Assembly: GCF_000281045.1 (NCBI RefSeq)
Contig: NW_008246068.1
Span: forward strand, 746,371-810,370
Origin: Saprolegnia diclina VS20
Lineage: Eukaryota
Direction of reading: 5' to 3'
Length of the DNA: 64,000 nt
How positions within the stretch are numbered: the first letter of the stretch is position 1; each line of letters opens with the position of its first letter. Position numbers and translations under genes: made by a program. Positions 42,783 through 55,085 of this stretch are shown one piece after another. Under the pieces are notes generated by a model that saw nothing but the letters and a program-made list of their open reading frames with translations, was not told where the DNA came from and made no database searches.

Positions 42783-43763
42783 CTAAAAGAGTTCTCGCAC
42801 TTCTGCGTGGAGATACTCTTGCGGCTCGGGCGTCCGCAGCGACAGCGTCCGCGTCGTTTCGCCCGTTGCAAATGACATGGCCTCGACGATGACCGTGTCG
42901 ATCTCGACAAGCGGCGCCAGCGTATGCTCCTACGAACGGTGGTTGTGGCAGGCGGTGCGTTCTCTTTCGTACGTTGTGTGTCAAGAGCTGCTCAATGTCG
43001 TCGTGACGGTAGATACCATAGAGGTTGGACGCGCTAATGCGGCACTTGTAACTTCCTACGCTCGCATCGCCTCCTTAGCTCGATAGCTAACGCACCCGTC
43101 TTGTCACGGCCGAGGCGAATGTCGAGCGGCGGTGTGCCACCCGGTCGCGGCTTGATCTAGCTCCGACAGACGATTTTGACCTCCTAGAAACAGAGATGTC
43201 GACGCTATACCAGCAGCCCGGTCGCGCCAAAGAGCTCCTGAAGCGCAAAGTACGAGTCTGTGCCGCTGCCACCACGAGTAGTGTGTGAATCGATCAAGAG
43301 GTCAGGAGACGGCACCTGTGGGTGCGGCTGCAGCGTCGCATGATGCGGTCGGATGCCTCGAGGCACTGGTCCTTGGGCAAAAACCTTCGGTACATAGTCC
43401 CATAAGGATCGCACACAAGATTGCAGTCGTATCCTACTTTTGAACGATGCGCTTGACCGCCGCGACAAAGGCTTCAGTCCGGTGATCGCCGACAAACCGA
43501 ACCCCTAGGACCATGTTATGCACTAAGCTAGGGTGATGGGATCAACCGTTGAGCATTATGTCTTCACGCACAGCGTCTCGAAAGGCCTGCGCCGTGTCAA
43601 CGTCGCAGTGGGAGGAGAGCGGAAGTCGACCCCGCAATAGGTGCGAGCCGAGTACTTCGATAAAGTCTGCCTTGCGGCTCGATACAACGCGCTTCCGTAC
43701 CGCTTGCACAAGACGCGGGTCCAAGATCGCGTCGAAGTCCTCGCTGTTGTCGTTGTTGCTCAT
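42783..43763 (-). CDS. Multi-exon hypothetical protein not captured by the ORF track
   Basis: Short GT-AG introns join MSNNDNSEDFDAILDPRLVQA..AQAFRDAVREDIMLN|GVRFVGDHRTEAFVAAVKRIVQ|..LPKDQCLEASDRIMRRCSRTH|SGTDSYFALQELFGATGLL|IKPRPGGTPPLDIRLGRDKT..CRISASNLYGIYRHDDIEQLLTHN|EHTLAPLVEIDTVIVEAMSFATGETTRTLSLRTPEPQEYLHAEVRELF*. The last intron (42930-42972) and TAG 42785-42783 were checked base by base. Confidence 0.65.
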
Positions 43764-44031
43764 TGTGAAACGTTAAACTGCGAACTTTTGAGGTCGTCCG
43801 CGGTTCGATCCCCACTTTTCATAAAGTTTCTGTCAATTCGCCAAGAGGAATCATCATCAACGTCATCACAGCAAAAAAAAATAAGCATAAGTCGTTTGCC
43901 TCCGTAGCTGGAATATGCGTGGAGACTGTCGTCGTTGGAAGCGAGATCGAGCCGTACCCACTCGCAATGTGGTACAAGTAGCTCGCGCGAGGTCTCTGTA
44001 CGCGCTGCAAGTATACTAGTACACGTTGCTA

Positions 44032-47000
44032 TTAAAACCCCTCAAATATGTTATCCTGGCTTCCGTCGTAGTCGGCGTCATTGACGCGCAAGCCCTGGTC
44101 GCCGTCAAAGAGAGACGTGTCGTAGCGACTGGTGAGCTGCGGCACATACGGCGTCTCGAGCGTCTGACTTCGCAGCGCGTCCCAGTCAATCGACGCAAAC
44201 CAGGGGTGGCCCATAATGTCATTCGGCCCCGAGACGCCCATGCCGAGGCGCTTGGTCGGGTCGCCATGCAGAAGCTTCTCGACGAGGTCGCACACCGCGG
44301 GGCTTTCCGCGAGAAGGTCGGGGGGGAACTGCACCGCGTTCGCCCCGGTGCGCACAAACGCAATGTTCTTGAAGAGGCTCGCAATGTCCCCGTCCGGCGT
44401 CTCGAACGGTGTGTACCCCAATAGCATTTCGTAAATGAGCACTCCAAGCGCCCCTACATAACAGCATTATCTTGTCTGTTGGTGACAAGACGATGTACAA
44501 TAATCGACGGCAATGTCGTGGCCCGTATTTAGCACAAACTCGGGCGCGAGGTACTCTTGGGTGCCGCAGAGCGTGTAGCTGCGCGCATTCACCTCGGTCG
44601 TGCCGTCTTCGTTGGTGACTGTGAACGGAATTTTCTTGGCAAACCCCATGTCGACGATCTTGAGGTACCCCGTGGCACTACGAAATTCCATCAAAATTCA
44701 TCAAATTCATCAAAATTCATCAAAAAATCTCTAAAACAGCAAAAATGCATCTCGAAGCGCCATACCTCACGAGAAGGTTCTCGGGCTTGAGATCGCGGTA
44801 CGCAATGTCGCGTTTGTGCAAATGCTCGAGGCCCAAGTAGACGCACGCGGCGTAAAACTTCATGTCTTCTTCGTCGAGGTCCCGGCCGCAAATGTCCGTG
44901 TGGAGTACGCTGAAGAGCTCACCGCCCTGGACGAGCTCGAGAAGCATGTATAAGTAGTTGGCGTCCTAATCGCGTGTCCAATATAGTCCTCTTTTCGATA
45001 TTTATAAAATGCAAGTACCTGGTACGTGGCGTAGAGCTGTACGACAAACGGGTTGGGCGGCAGCTCCTTGAGAATCATGCGCTCGCGCATAATGTGTTCT
45101 TGCTGCTGGCATTCGATCACATGGGCTTTCGAGACGCACTTGAGCGCGAGGAGGTACTCTTCGGCCTCGTAGAACGCTTGCACCATCGTAACCCGGCCAA
45201 ACGAGCCTTCGCCAAGAACCCCAATCTACATGTACATTTGCGCACGCTTTCCAGCGCCTGAGACGTACGTGGACGAGGTCTTCGAGGTCGAGGTTGCTCA
45301 GTGGATGGCGGTAGAAAAGGCCGCTCACGTTGGCAATGTTCGCGATCGACTGGCGCCGCGTGACAATGCCAAGCGACACGTTGGCTTGGGAGAGCCGAAG
45401 GCACGTGACTTGGCCAACGCACGTCGCGGTGGATTTGTAGTCGCCGCCCCTAATGCGATAGTTTATCGTTTGAAACGAAGAAACGTCGTCGGTACGTGAT
45501 GGCTTCGCCGCCAAACGAGTCTTTGACGTTGAGTTCGAGCGGAATGTTTTCGTCTTCGAAATCTTGGACGTTGACTTGGCCATCGCGGATGATGTAAAAG
45601 TACTCGGCCGGCAGGTCCGGTTGAAAGATGATATCGCCATCGTCGTACTCGACGATCTCAAACATGTTCGTGATGCTGTCGAGCTCGTCGTCGGTGAATT
45701 CGGCAAAGTGGTCGTACGTGCGCAGCGCGCGCTTGATGCCGTTGGACTCGAGGATCGCGGTGAGCGGTCCGATCATCGAGATAAAGTCGGCCCGCATGAG
45801 CCGCACGCATTTCACAAGCCCAATCGCGCGCACGGTGCAGTTACGTGGCTGGTCGTTGAGGAGCGCGGTCTCGCCAAAGTAGTCGCCTTGGTGCAACCGC
45901 GCAATCTACCTCGTGTTAAACTCCTTTCAAAAAACAAGATGTCCATGTCACCTCGGACTTGGACGACGACATGAGAATCAAATTACGCTTGGAGCCGGCG
46001 ACCGTGCACCCGACCGTGCCGGACGCCACAATGTAAAAGGCGTCGCCGCGGGACCCTTGCTGGACGATGACGGCGCCGTCTTCGAAGGTCACTACTTCGA
46101 GACACCGGTTCATGGACGTGAGCTGGCGCGACGTGAGCCCGGTAAAAAGTGGGACTTTTTGCAGCCACTCGGAGCGCTTTCCGAGCGACTCCATCGACGA
46201 TTGCGCTTGGATCTATCGTAGATAGTTAGATGGAGCGGACGACAGGATACGTGCGGACCGCGCGAAATTCATTGCGCCCAAGTGTCCAAAGCTTGCAGTC
46301 GCTGGTCGCAATCACGGTCGCCGCGCGCGGGGCTACGATTATGACATCGTGTCAACTGCGATACACGAATGCCAGTACCGTCGTAAATGAGCGCGAGTTC
46401 GCCAAAGTGCCCACCGGCCGTGACATCGCCGACGTGGACATCGTTGACGAGGCATTCGCAACTGCCGTCTTCAATCACTAGAAGACAGTAATAGTGCACT
46501 GCATAGTCTCGAAGTGGCAACGTACCGTAGAATTTATCGCCGTGGTCGTGTTGCCGAATGATGACGTCCCCAGCTTTGACGCTGACGCTTGTCATGACCG
46601 AGACCACCTAGCGCGCGCTCCAGTGTGTGATGCGGCGACGTCACGTACCATGTCCATCTCGCCCTCGGTCGTCGCCTCGAAAAGCAGTGCCTGAATGTTC
46701 TCCTTCAAGAGCTTGCACGTCTCGGGGCTCTTCTTGCTCGACCGCGGCTCGTCGTTCTTCTCGCCGCGCACCGACTTGGAGTCCTACGCCATGACGCCCA
46801 CGATGTCATCGGCTTGACACCATCCAAGTCTACGTGTCCAGGCTCAAAGATATTGACGCGCTTTTTTCGCTGGCCGAGGCTGCTCCGCTCCGAGGTGTGT
46901 GAGACGCGACGCGTCCAGACGCCGCGCTTGGCCGTCGGGTCGGCCCGCACGGCGTGTATTGAGCTGGCGTACATCTGCGACCGACTGTGAGATGTCTCGC

Positions 47001-47150
47001 ATCGCGAGGTCCTACCTTCTTCAGGTGCTCGAACACAGCTTCGTCGCTCACGTGTTGCTGGACGAGGTTCGTGTACTCGTTCTTGAGGAACCGGAACGAC
47101 TGCAGCGAGACGTCGGGCTCGTCTGGCGCCACCGACGCGCCCGCGCCCAT
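44032..47150 (-). CDS. Cyclic-nucleotide-dependent AGC kinase (PKG architecture: three cNMP-binding domains + kinase); many introns
   Basis: MGAGAS myristoylation start; [30 protein letters not shown], degenerate third [61 protein letters not shown]-terminal IFEGF. Confidence 0.9.
44689..44727. repeat. ~10-nt intronic tandem repeat x4
   Basis: catcaaaatt / catcaaatt / catcaaaatt / catcaaaaaa within kinase intron 44678-44765. Confidence 0.8.
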
Positions 47151-47208
47151 GCCTCTCTAGTCGCAAATATATGTTGTTCAACAAACGACGCCTTTTTATA
47201 GACGGCGG

Positions 47209-49243
47209 TTAACCAGCACTAGAGCGTTTTGCGGGCAGAAAGGGCGTCGCGCCTTGCACCAAGCGGGGAGCGCGCGCGGTCGCGTTCGAGTGCTTGGCCA
47301 TGCGTGTGCCAAATTGAATCGCTTGTTTCGGCAACCCCGTGCAGTGGCGAAGTCCCAATCCGCGGGCCACAACACGCAATAGCAGCTTGTCACCGACCCC
47401 CCGCGGCTGGGAAAAATCCACAACATCGTCGAGCGGCGTTGCCGCCAAGAAGTTCACGACATGCTCGTCCAGGTACGGGAACCGGGCTTCGCGTCCGTGG
47501 TCCGAGATCATGCGGTCGTCGCGGCCGAGGTTGCGCAGCCAGAGACGGTCCATGTCCATGCGAAGCTCGGCGCGGAGGCCGTCGTAGCCATCGCGCTCGA
47601 ACGCTGCCTTGTGCCGGCCGTATCCTAAAGCATTATTGTGGTTGCAGCTTCATGAAACGTAGCAAACCAGCAAGTTGTTCGTCCGCACCAATGCCGACCA
47701 AAAGGACTTTGACATTCGACGCGTACGGGGGGCGAGGGGCGGAATGGGGGGACATATCGTGGGGCGTCACCTGCGTGTGGTTGGCGCAAAGAGAGAGCCC
47801 TTGCACATGGGCATAAAGTGCATCGACGCCAAGGACACCCATCGCGATGAGCACCGCTCGCGCGGACGCACTCTCTTGCGGATGTCGGCTCGGAGCGAGC
47901 TTGGCCGCAAGCTTGTGCAGCTTCTGACAGCACGGTTTGCAGACGTTAAAGGCGCACGTCGGCTGGCGCTGCCGCGTGCACTTGGTCGCTGCGCAACGCG
48001 CGTCGACCGGCACGGCAAACCAAACGCAGTCGCTGGGGACTGCGGGGGTGTCGACCTCGGGGCGCTCGACCGCGAGGCAGCCGACGCCGCGGGCTAAAAA
48101 CCAAAACGCCGTCCCAATGTTGAAGTCCATGTGCGTAACACAAGGCTATGCCATGAGCATCAATCGCACGATACGAGGTTGTGGGTCTCTTACCTGCATG
48201 CACGCGACCACGTCTGGCTGCGCGGCCGTGACGCTCTGCCCGTCAATGTCCATCTCGACCAATCGAAAGTCGCGCGTCGGAAACAAGCGCCGCAGCTCGT
48301 TCCACGAGACCACGGCCGCCTTACGGTCGGGTGACGCGTGCGCCGTGTCAAAGCACACGTTGTAGAGCTCGAGGGGCTCGTGCGGCGGCAGCGCGTGATG
48401 GGCCAGCGCCGCAAGCACGACCGAGTCGAGACCGCCAGAGAAGAGAATGCCGACGCTCGGTTCGTTGTGATTGCACGATGGAACTGACTCGAGCCGGATC
48501 GCTACGGCGCTGTAGAGTACGCTGAGCAGGCCTTTTGCAGCGCGCTGCATCGACAGAGACAGCGCGTCATCGAAGGCGAGCGCGTCGAGGGCGGCGGGTA
48601 GCGTCTGTGGCGGAGCCACCGCTGGCACCGACGGAGGCCAGGGAGCAAGGCCCGGTGACGCCATGCCATCGTTGTAGTAGAAGAGACCCGTGCACGGAAT
48701 CTCCTTGCAAACCATCGTCGGATGCGCAATTGACGCGATGACGGCGACGTCGTCTGGACTGGACGGCATGTGCTCGAGCAAGCTGCGCCGACCCAAGCGG
48801 TCTCGACCGTACACGAGCGTCTCAGTGGCTTCGTGGAAGAAACAGAGTGCGAATGGGCCTTCTACGGACGCGAGCGCCTCGATGACGTGGGCGGCAACGA
48901 GCGCGGGGTCCGTGTCCGCCCGCGTCGCGTCAAAGAGGACTTGAGCGACAACCGCCGTGTCGCTAGAGCACGCTGGGATGGAGAGGCCACCAAACACTTC
49001 GCCGTTCCATAGCAATACGCTGCCGCTGGCGTCGAGGACGGGCTGCGTCGCCATGGTGGCACCGCGCAGATGGAGCACCGCGGCCGAGAGCACGACGGCA
49101 GCGCCGTTCTTGGACCGCTCGATCGAGCCAAAGTGATCGGGGCCGCGCCGAGCAATCGCAGCCTCCATATCGCGTTGGAGCTGGACGCAGGCGGGCGAGG
49201 CGACCGCCGCCGCCGACCCAAGGACGGCCGCAATCCCGCACAT
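47209..49243 (-). CDS. ASNSD1: Asparagine synthetase domain-containing protein 1 with Cys-rich insertion; two introns
   Basis: MCGI Ntn start, RRGPD, VLHLRG, LLWNGEVF, GRDRLGRRSLL, ILFSGGLDS, SPDR, MDFNIGTAFWF.ARG, GIGADEQLAGY, RLWLRNLGRDDR, REARFPYLDE, GDKLLLR, KQAIQFGTR. Confidence 0.9.
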
Positions 49244-49273
49244 CAAAGCACCACCACGATACGCCGCGTGATT

Positions 49274-49305
49274 TGATTGGCTGCTCTATTTTATGTAGGC
49301 CAATC
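49274..49305. promoter_or_regulatory. Pair of opposed CCAAT boxes upstream of ASNSD1
   Basis: TGATTGGCTG (49274-49283) and GCCAATC (49299-49305). Confidence 0.55.
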
Positions 49306-49447
49306 GCATCGTCGGATTTGGTATCCGCGAGAAAGGGCAATCTCCAGCGCGTCTCTTGATACGGCCGAGGACGACCAACCTGATGCAGAAGCCTTTCTTA
49401 TTTCAAGGCATTATCAACGCAGCACCATCTTATCTACCTACGAGCGC

Positions 49448-50757
49448 TCACAAGGAGCCGTAGTTGACAGCGATGGTTTCTTCGAGTACGCTTGCCTCGC
49501 CGCTCGCTGCTTCGTCGGCCGTGACCTTCCAGAAACAGAGCAGCAATACCATCGCGATCGGGATACCACAGAGCGCTGTCTGCCAGAGCGTCGACGCGCC
49601 ATACTCTTGGTAGATGTAGCCGCCAAGGAATGCGCCGAGGCCCGACCCAATGCCATTTTGAACCGCGTTGAGAATGCCCATCATGGTGCCATGCGAGTTG
49701 GGCGAGTTGCTCTTGACGAAGGTCGTGAAGGCAGTCCACATGAGGCCAAACGTGAGGCCCTGCAGCGCTTCGAACGGCAAGACCGCCCACACATTTGGTA
49801 CAAACGCATAGACCGAGAGACGCACCGAGTATGCGAGGAGCGAGAGACCGATCGTCTTGGGAATGCCGCAAATGCGCACGATCGAGTCGGCAAAGAAGAA
49901 GACGGGGATCTCCGAGACCGTTTGGAGCAAGGTCGCGAGGCCCACAATCGCAGAGTTCTTCTCCGAGAGGTTGAAGAGGTACAGCATGAGGAAGCTGTTG
50001 ATCGTGCCAAAGACAATGCCGACGACAAACACAATTGAAAAGAGCAGTCGCACCGACGTCGAGTGCAATATCGGCGCCAGCACCGTCGAGAGCGTCGGCG
50101 ACTGCACCATGGGCGTGCCGTGGATGCGATACTCGACGTGCGGCAAGGGCACGAGGATCGCAATGGCTGCAAACGAGAGTGCGAGCTGCGTGCTAAAGAT
50201 GACGTAGATACCGGTTGTCGCAATGAGGAGGCTCAGGCCGTACGCGCCGAGGCCGTAGCCGAGCGACCCAAAGAGCCGCTGGCGACCATAGTCGGCCTCG
50301 CGCAGCGCGAGCTGGTCGAGCATCGCATTGTTGGGCGAGTTTTGAAAAGCTGCGAGCGCAATCACAATGCAGAGGAACTGGAAATTGGACACAAACTGGA
50401 CCGTAAAGTTGAGGACCGCGGCGGTCGCAATGCAGAGCGTGTGGATGAGCCTCTGGTGCTGGACGACGTCGGCGACGACGCCCCAGAACGGCGGCCCCAC
50501 GACGTTGATGTACATGGGAATCGCCTGGAGCACGCCGATCTCGACCTTGCTAAAGTGGCCCACGTCCTGCAGAAAGACCTATCTCGGCGCGATGAGAAGG
50601 CGGAGGATGCGGCAAGTGGGCGCACCGCGAGGTAGCTGGCCGCCGACGACCCAGCGTAGTAGACAAAGTACGCGAGCTGGAGGCGCCAGCCCGCCGAGAC
50701 GCGCGCGGTCGACGGGATCGAAGGCAGGTCCTCAAAGTTGACCTTGCGTCGCTCCAT
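49448..50757 (-). CDS. MFS transporter (MFSD6/MFS_1_like); intron 50579-50625
   Basis: About 12 hydrophobic helices; PFWGVVAD, DYGRQRLFGSLGYG, SEIPVFFF, EALQGLTFGLMW, GIGSGLGAFLGG. Confidence 0.88.
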
Positions 50758-51035
50758 GCTGGACGGTCGCAATCTTGGAAATGGAAATCTACGGAACCAT
50801 GGAGGCCGTGGCTAATATATCCATATCGCATTGAGATATGGATATTGGACGGTGTACCTGGTGCTCCAAACGACGATGGACGACGACTCGTGCTGCAGAC
50901 ATTAAGCCTTCAGGCTAGACGGGATGAGACTTGGGAAAATAGGAACGGCTTGCCTTTGTCGGGCGACACGGGTATATTGCAGAATGGTTACCTATGGCAG
51001 TATATGGACCCAGTCGGTCCATATATAAAACGCTC

Positions 51036-51073
51036 GTAGGATCCGGATAAAACTGTAGGATCCGGATAAAACT
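51036..51073. repeat. 19-nt perfect tandem duplication
   Basis: gtaggatccggataaaact x2. Confidence 0.85.
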
Positions 51074-51256
51074 GAATGGGGCACGACTTCAACTTGAAGT
51101 GCCAGCGACTTGAAGAAGGTGGTGTGCGTATCCAGCGTTTATGGGGCTATTGTTGCGGAAATACTTGAGTAGTGTATGGACTCCTCGCACGCTGCCGCTG
51201 CAGTCTCAAGTTGAGACCAGGTTCTAGACGAGTTGCGACGCCAACCAGCCTCGCGG

Positions 51257-51808
51257 NNNNNNNNNNNNNNNNNNNNNNNNNNNNNNNNNNNNNNNNNNNN
51301 NNNNNNNNNNNNNNNNNNNNNNNNNNNNNNNNNNNNNNNNNNNNNNNNNNNNNNNNNNNNNNNNNNNNNNNNNNNNNNNNNNNNNNNNNNNNNNNNNNNN
51401 NNNNNNNNNNNNNNNNNNNNNNNNNNNNNNNNNNNNNNNNNNNNNNNNNNNNNNNNNNNNNNNNNNNNNNNNNNNNNNNNNNNNNNNNNNNNNNNNNNNN
51501 NNNNNNNNNNNNNNNNNNNNNNNNNNNNNNNNNNNNNNNNNNNNNNNNNNNNNNNNNNNNNNNNNNNNNNNNNNNNNNNNNNNNNNNNNNNNNNNNNNNN
51601 NNNNNNNNNNNNNNNNNNNNNNNNNNNNNNNNNNNNNNNNNNNNNNNNNNNNNNNNNNNNNNNNNNNNNNNNNNNNNNNNNNNNNNNNNNNNNNNNNNNN
51701 NNNNNNNNNNNNNNNNNNNNNNNNNNNNNNNNNNNNNNNNNNNNNNNNNNNNNNNNNNNNNNNNNNNNNNNNNNNNNNNNNNNNNNNNNNNNNNNNNNNN
51801 NNNNNNNN
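51257..51808. other. Assembly gap
   Basis: Run of N. Confidence 1.
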
Positions 51809-52188
51809 ATTGCGTCTTGCCTAGCATTGGCACTTGAATGTAGTCTGACTATGCAGCCTCGACAGCTTAACTCAAATTGCTCGTTGATAACACCCGAAAC
51901 CTCCTGACCAAGATACACGGAGGCCCAAGCGGTCTCTGCGCTCATCCGGAGTTGCTGCCTTGCGGGAAAAGCCGTCGTACGTGATTGGCTCGCGACGTTT
52001 CCCGAACCGTCGCGCCCTTTGGAAAAGGCGCCCAAGAGCCGTCGCGCGCGGGATTGGCCCCGAATATTTGATGTCGCCTCTGATTGGTGCCAAAGTTTTG
52101 CACCCGATCCAAGCCCGAGCACGGAACAGGGCGTCAGTATTCAACTACTGCACTCGAGCTCACCCTCGCAGTACCATCTTGTTTCGCG

Positions 52189-55085
52189 ATGAAGGTGTTT
52201 GTCCTTGGCTTGGCGGCCGCAACGGTTGCCACGGGCCAGCAGTACAACGGAGCCGCCACGTACGGCCAGCAGCCTGCGTACGGCAAGTACCAGCCTCCAT
52301 CGGAGCCTGCGTACAAGAATCAGCCCGCCAACAACCAAGCTGGATACGGCAAGCAGCCCAGCTACGGGAACAAAGGCGGCTACGCAAAGCCCAGCTACGG
52401 CGATAACGACGGCTACGACGGCGGCTACGACGGCGGCTACGACGGCGGCTACAACGGCGCCTACAACAAGCCCGCTACTGGATACAAGAAGCAGCCCGAC
52501 GCTGGCTACGGCTATGACAACCGCTACAAGCAGCCTAGCCAAGGTTATAACAAGCAGCCGAGCACTGGTTACGGCAAGGACAACGGCTACGGCAACAACA
52601 ACGGCTACGGCAACGACAACGGCTATGGCGACTACGACCCGACGCCGATCTCGGACGAAGACCGCTTCCACCGGTTCTACGACAACCTTAAGATCTGCAA
52701 GGCCGAGAACGCGCTCGAGAGCTGCATCATCTCGTCGGCGTCGCGCGCCGACTGCATGAGCGCCGCGCGCATCAAGCAGTGCACGTCGTCGTTCATCACG
52801 GGTCTCTGCTCCGACTTGGCGACGACAACGACCAAGTCGTACGACAACGGCTACGTCAAATGCTCGGCAGACACGTGCACGGACGCGGCGCTGGCCGACT
52901 CGCTCCTCGTGTACAACAAGCTGCTCCGCGACGTCAACACGGCGCTGGACGTCACCCCTCAGTTTGACCAGTGGTCGTTCACGACCATCAAACTGGCGCT
53001 CGCGAGCACGCGCAACCACGCCGACTGCGTCATCAAGGGGTTCCTCAGCTACCTCGACGGGTGTGCGACGTCGTCCGTGCTACCCAAGCGCGACCTCGTG
53101 TGCCTCGACAAGGCGCTCAACAACGGCAAGTGCGAGTGGGGTCTCGAGACCGCGGACGGCTGGAACCTTGCGCAGTTCCTCAAGACGTACGGCCAGCTAG
53201 CGTTCAACACCGTCGTGACGTCGATGCAGCACCGATTCGGTGTCTCGAACGAGCGTGGCATCGACAAGGCGATCACCGACGTCCTCCTCAGCGTCATGGA
53301 GCAGTCGACGCAGTTCGTCCAGACAGTCAACACCGAGTATGATTTTACAAACCAAGTGACGTCGGTCGACGTCTGCGCCGTGACGCTGCCCGAGTACCAG
53401 TTGGACGCGAAAGACGGTACTGACATCAGCACGGTGCTCTTCCACTTTGCCAAGACCGAGCAAGACGCATACAACACGCACGAGTACGGCGAGACGGTCT
53501 ATGGCGAATCCCCGGACGACGGCACGGCCAAGGTCAACTTGTACGACAAGTGCACGCAGTTCTTTGCGGATACAAAGAAGGACTTTGTCGAAGGCAAGGG
53601 CAAGGACTGGACGTGCGTGCCCGGTTTCTCAAGTCCGATGCGCATCAACGACGACGGCGACGTCGAGTGCATGGCGACCGACGGCAAAAACTGCAACTGG
53701 GGCGGTGAAGACTGCAATGCCAAGATCACAAACAAGGTCGACGCAGCCTTGAAGCCATTGGCGTGCGGCGCCGACCACGAGGCTGTGTATGGCTTCACGG
53801 GGTACCTCGACACGNNNNNNNNNNNNNNNNNNNNNNNNNNNNNNNNNNNNNNNNNNNNNNNNNNNNNNNNNNNNNNNNNNNNNNNNNNNNNNNNNNNNNN
53901 NNNNNNNNNNNNNNNNNNNNNNNNNNNNNNNNNNNNNNNNNNNNNNNNNNNNNNNNNNNNNNNNNNNNNNNNNNNNNNNNNNNNNNNNNNNNNNNNNNNN
54001 NNNNNNNNNNNNNNNNNNNNNNNNNNNNNNNNNNNNNNNNNNNNNNNNNNNNNNNNNNNNNNNNNNNNNNNNNNNNNNNNNNNNNNNNNNNNNNNNNNNN
54101 NNNNNNNNNNNNNNNNNNNNNNNNNNNNNNNNNNNNNNNNNNNNNNNNNNNNNNNNNNNNNNNNNNNNNNNNNNNNNNNNNNNNNNNNNNNNNNNNNNNN
54201 NNNNNNNNNNNNNNNNNNNNNNNNNNNNNNNNNNNNNNNNNNNNNNNNNNNNNNNNNNNNNNNNNNNNNNNNNNNNNNNNNNNNNNNNNNNNNNNNNNNN
54301 NNNNNNNNNNNNNNNNNNNNNNNNNNNNNNNNNNNNNNNNNNNNNNNNNNNNNNNNNNNNNNNNNNNNNNNNNNNNNNNNNNNNNNNNNNNNNNNNNNNN
54401 NNNNNNNNNNNNNNNNNNNNNNNNNNNNNNNNNNNNNNNNNNNNNNNNNNNNNNNNNNNNNNNNNNNNNNNNNNNNNNNNNNNNNNNNNNNNNNNNNNNN
54501 NNNNNNNNNNNNNNNNNNNNNNNNNNNNNNNNNNNNNNNNNNNNNNNNNNNNNNNNNNNNNNNNNNNNNNNNNNNNNNNNNNNNNNNNACTACGCCACGA
54601 CGCCCGAGACGACGGCGCCCGTCTACCAGAACGTCGACAACGTCTACTCCAACCACCGCCAGTACTCGAGCTACATGGCGGCGAGTCCGGCGTACGTCGA
54701 TGTCTGCGACTCGCTCCGCGTCAGCTGGGACATTGCGACGGTCGTGCCGATCGTGAGCACCAAGTGCTTTCCGCAATCGTGCGTCCTCGCGCAGCTCTCG
54801 CAGTGCATGGACATTCCCGAGCCGACGTACACGGCGATCGGGTACGACTATGTCGCGCAGCCCTCCGACGGCTACAGCGGATACCGCCCGTCCAGCTACC
54901 AGCGCCCGTCCAGCTACGCCACGTACAACCAGTACTCGCGGGCGACCTTGGGCTTGGAAGGCTCGTCGTTGGCACTGCTCTCTGCGATCGGCTTTGTCGC
55001 CGGCATCGTTGTCGTCGCGGTCGCCCAAGTGGTGCTCAAGGCCCGCAACGCGCGCGACGATGCGAAGGGGTACCGCCTTGTCTAA
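52189..55085 (+). CDS. Secreted/type I membrane Tyr-Gly-rich, Cys-rich surface protein, copy A (interrupted by a gap)
   Basis: Signal MKVFVLGLAAATVATG; GYDG and NGYGNN repeats; Cys-rich body; GDVECMATDGKNCNW module; C-terminal TM and tail ending GYRLV. Confidence 0.85.

Noticed and set aside
43790..43820. GGTTCGATCCC, a tRNA B-box-like string
   Set aside because: No T-stem pairing, acceptor stem or A-box; it lies just upstream of a protein-coding gene on the other strand.
51139..52122. ORFs spanning the first N-gap
   Set aside because: Artefacts of translating Ns.
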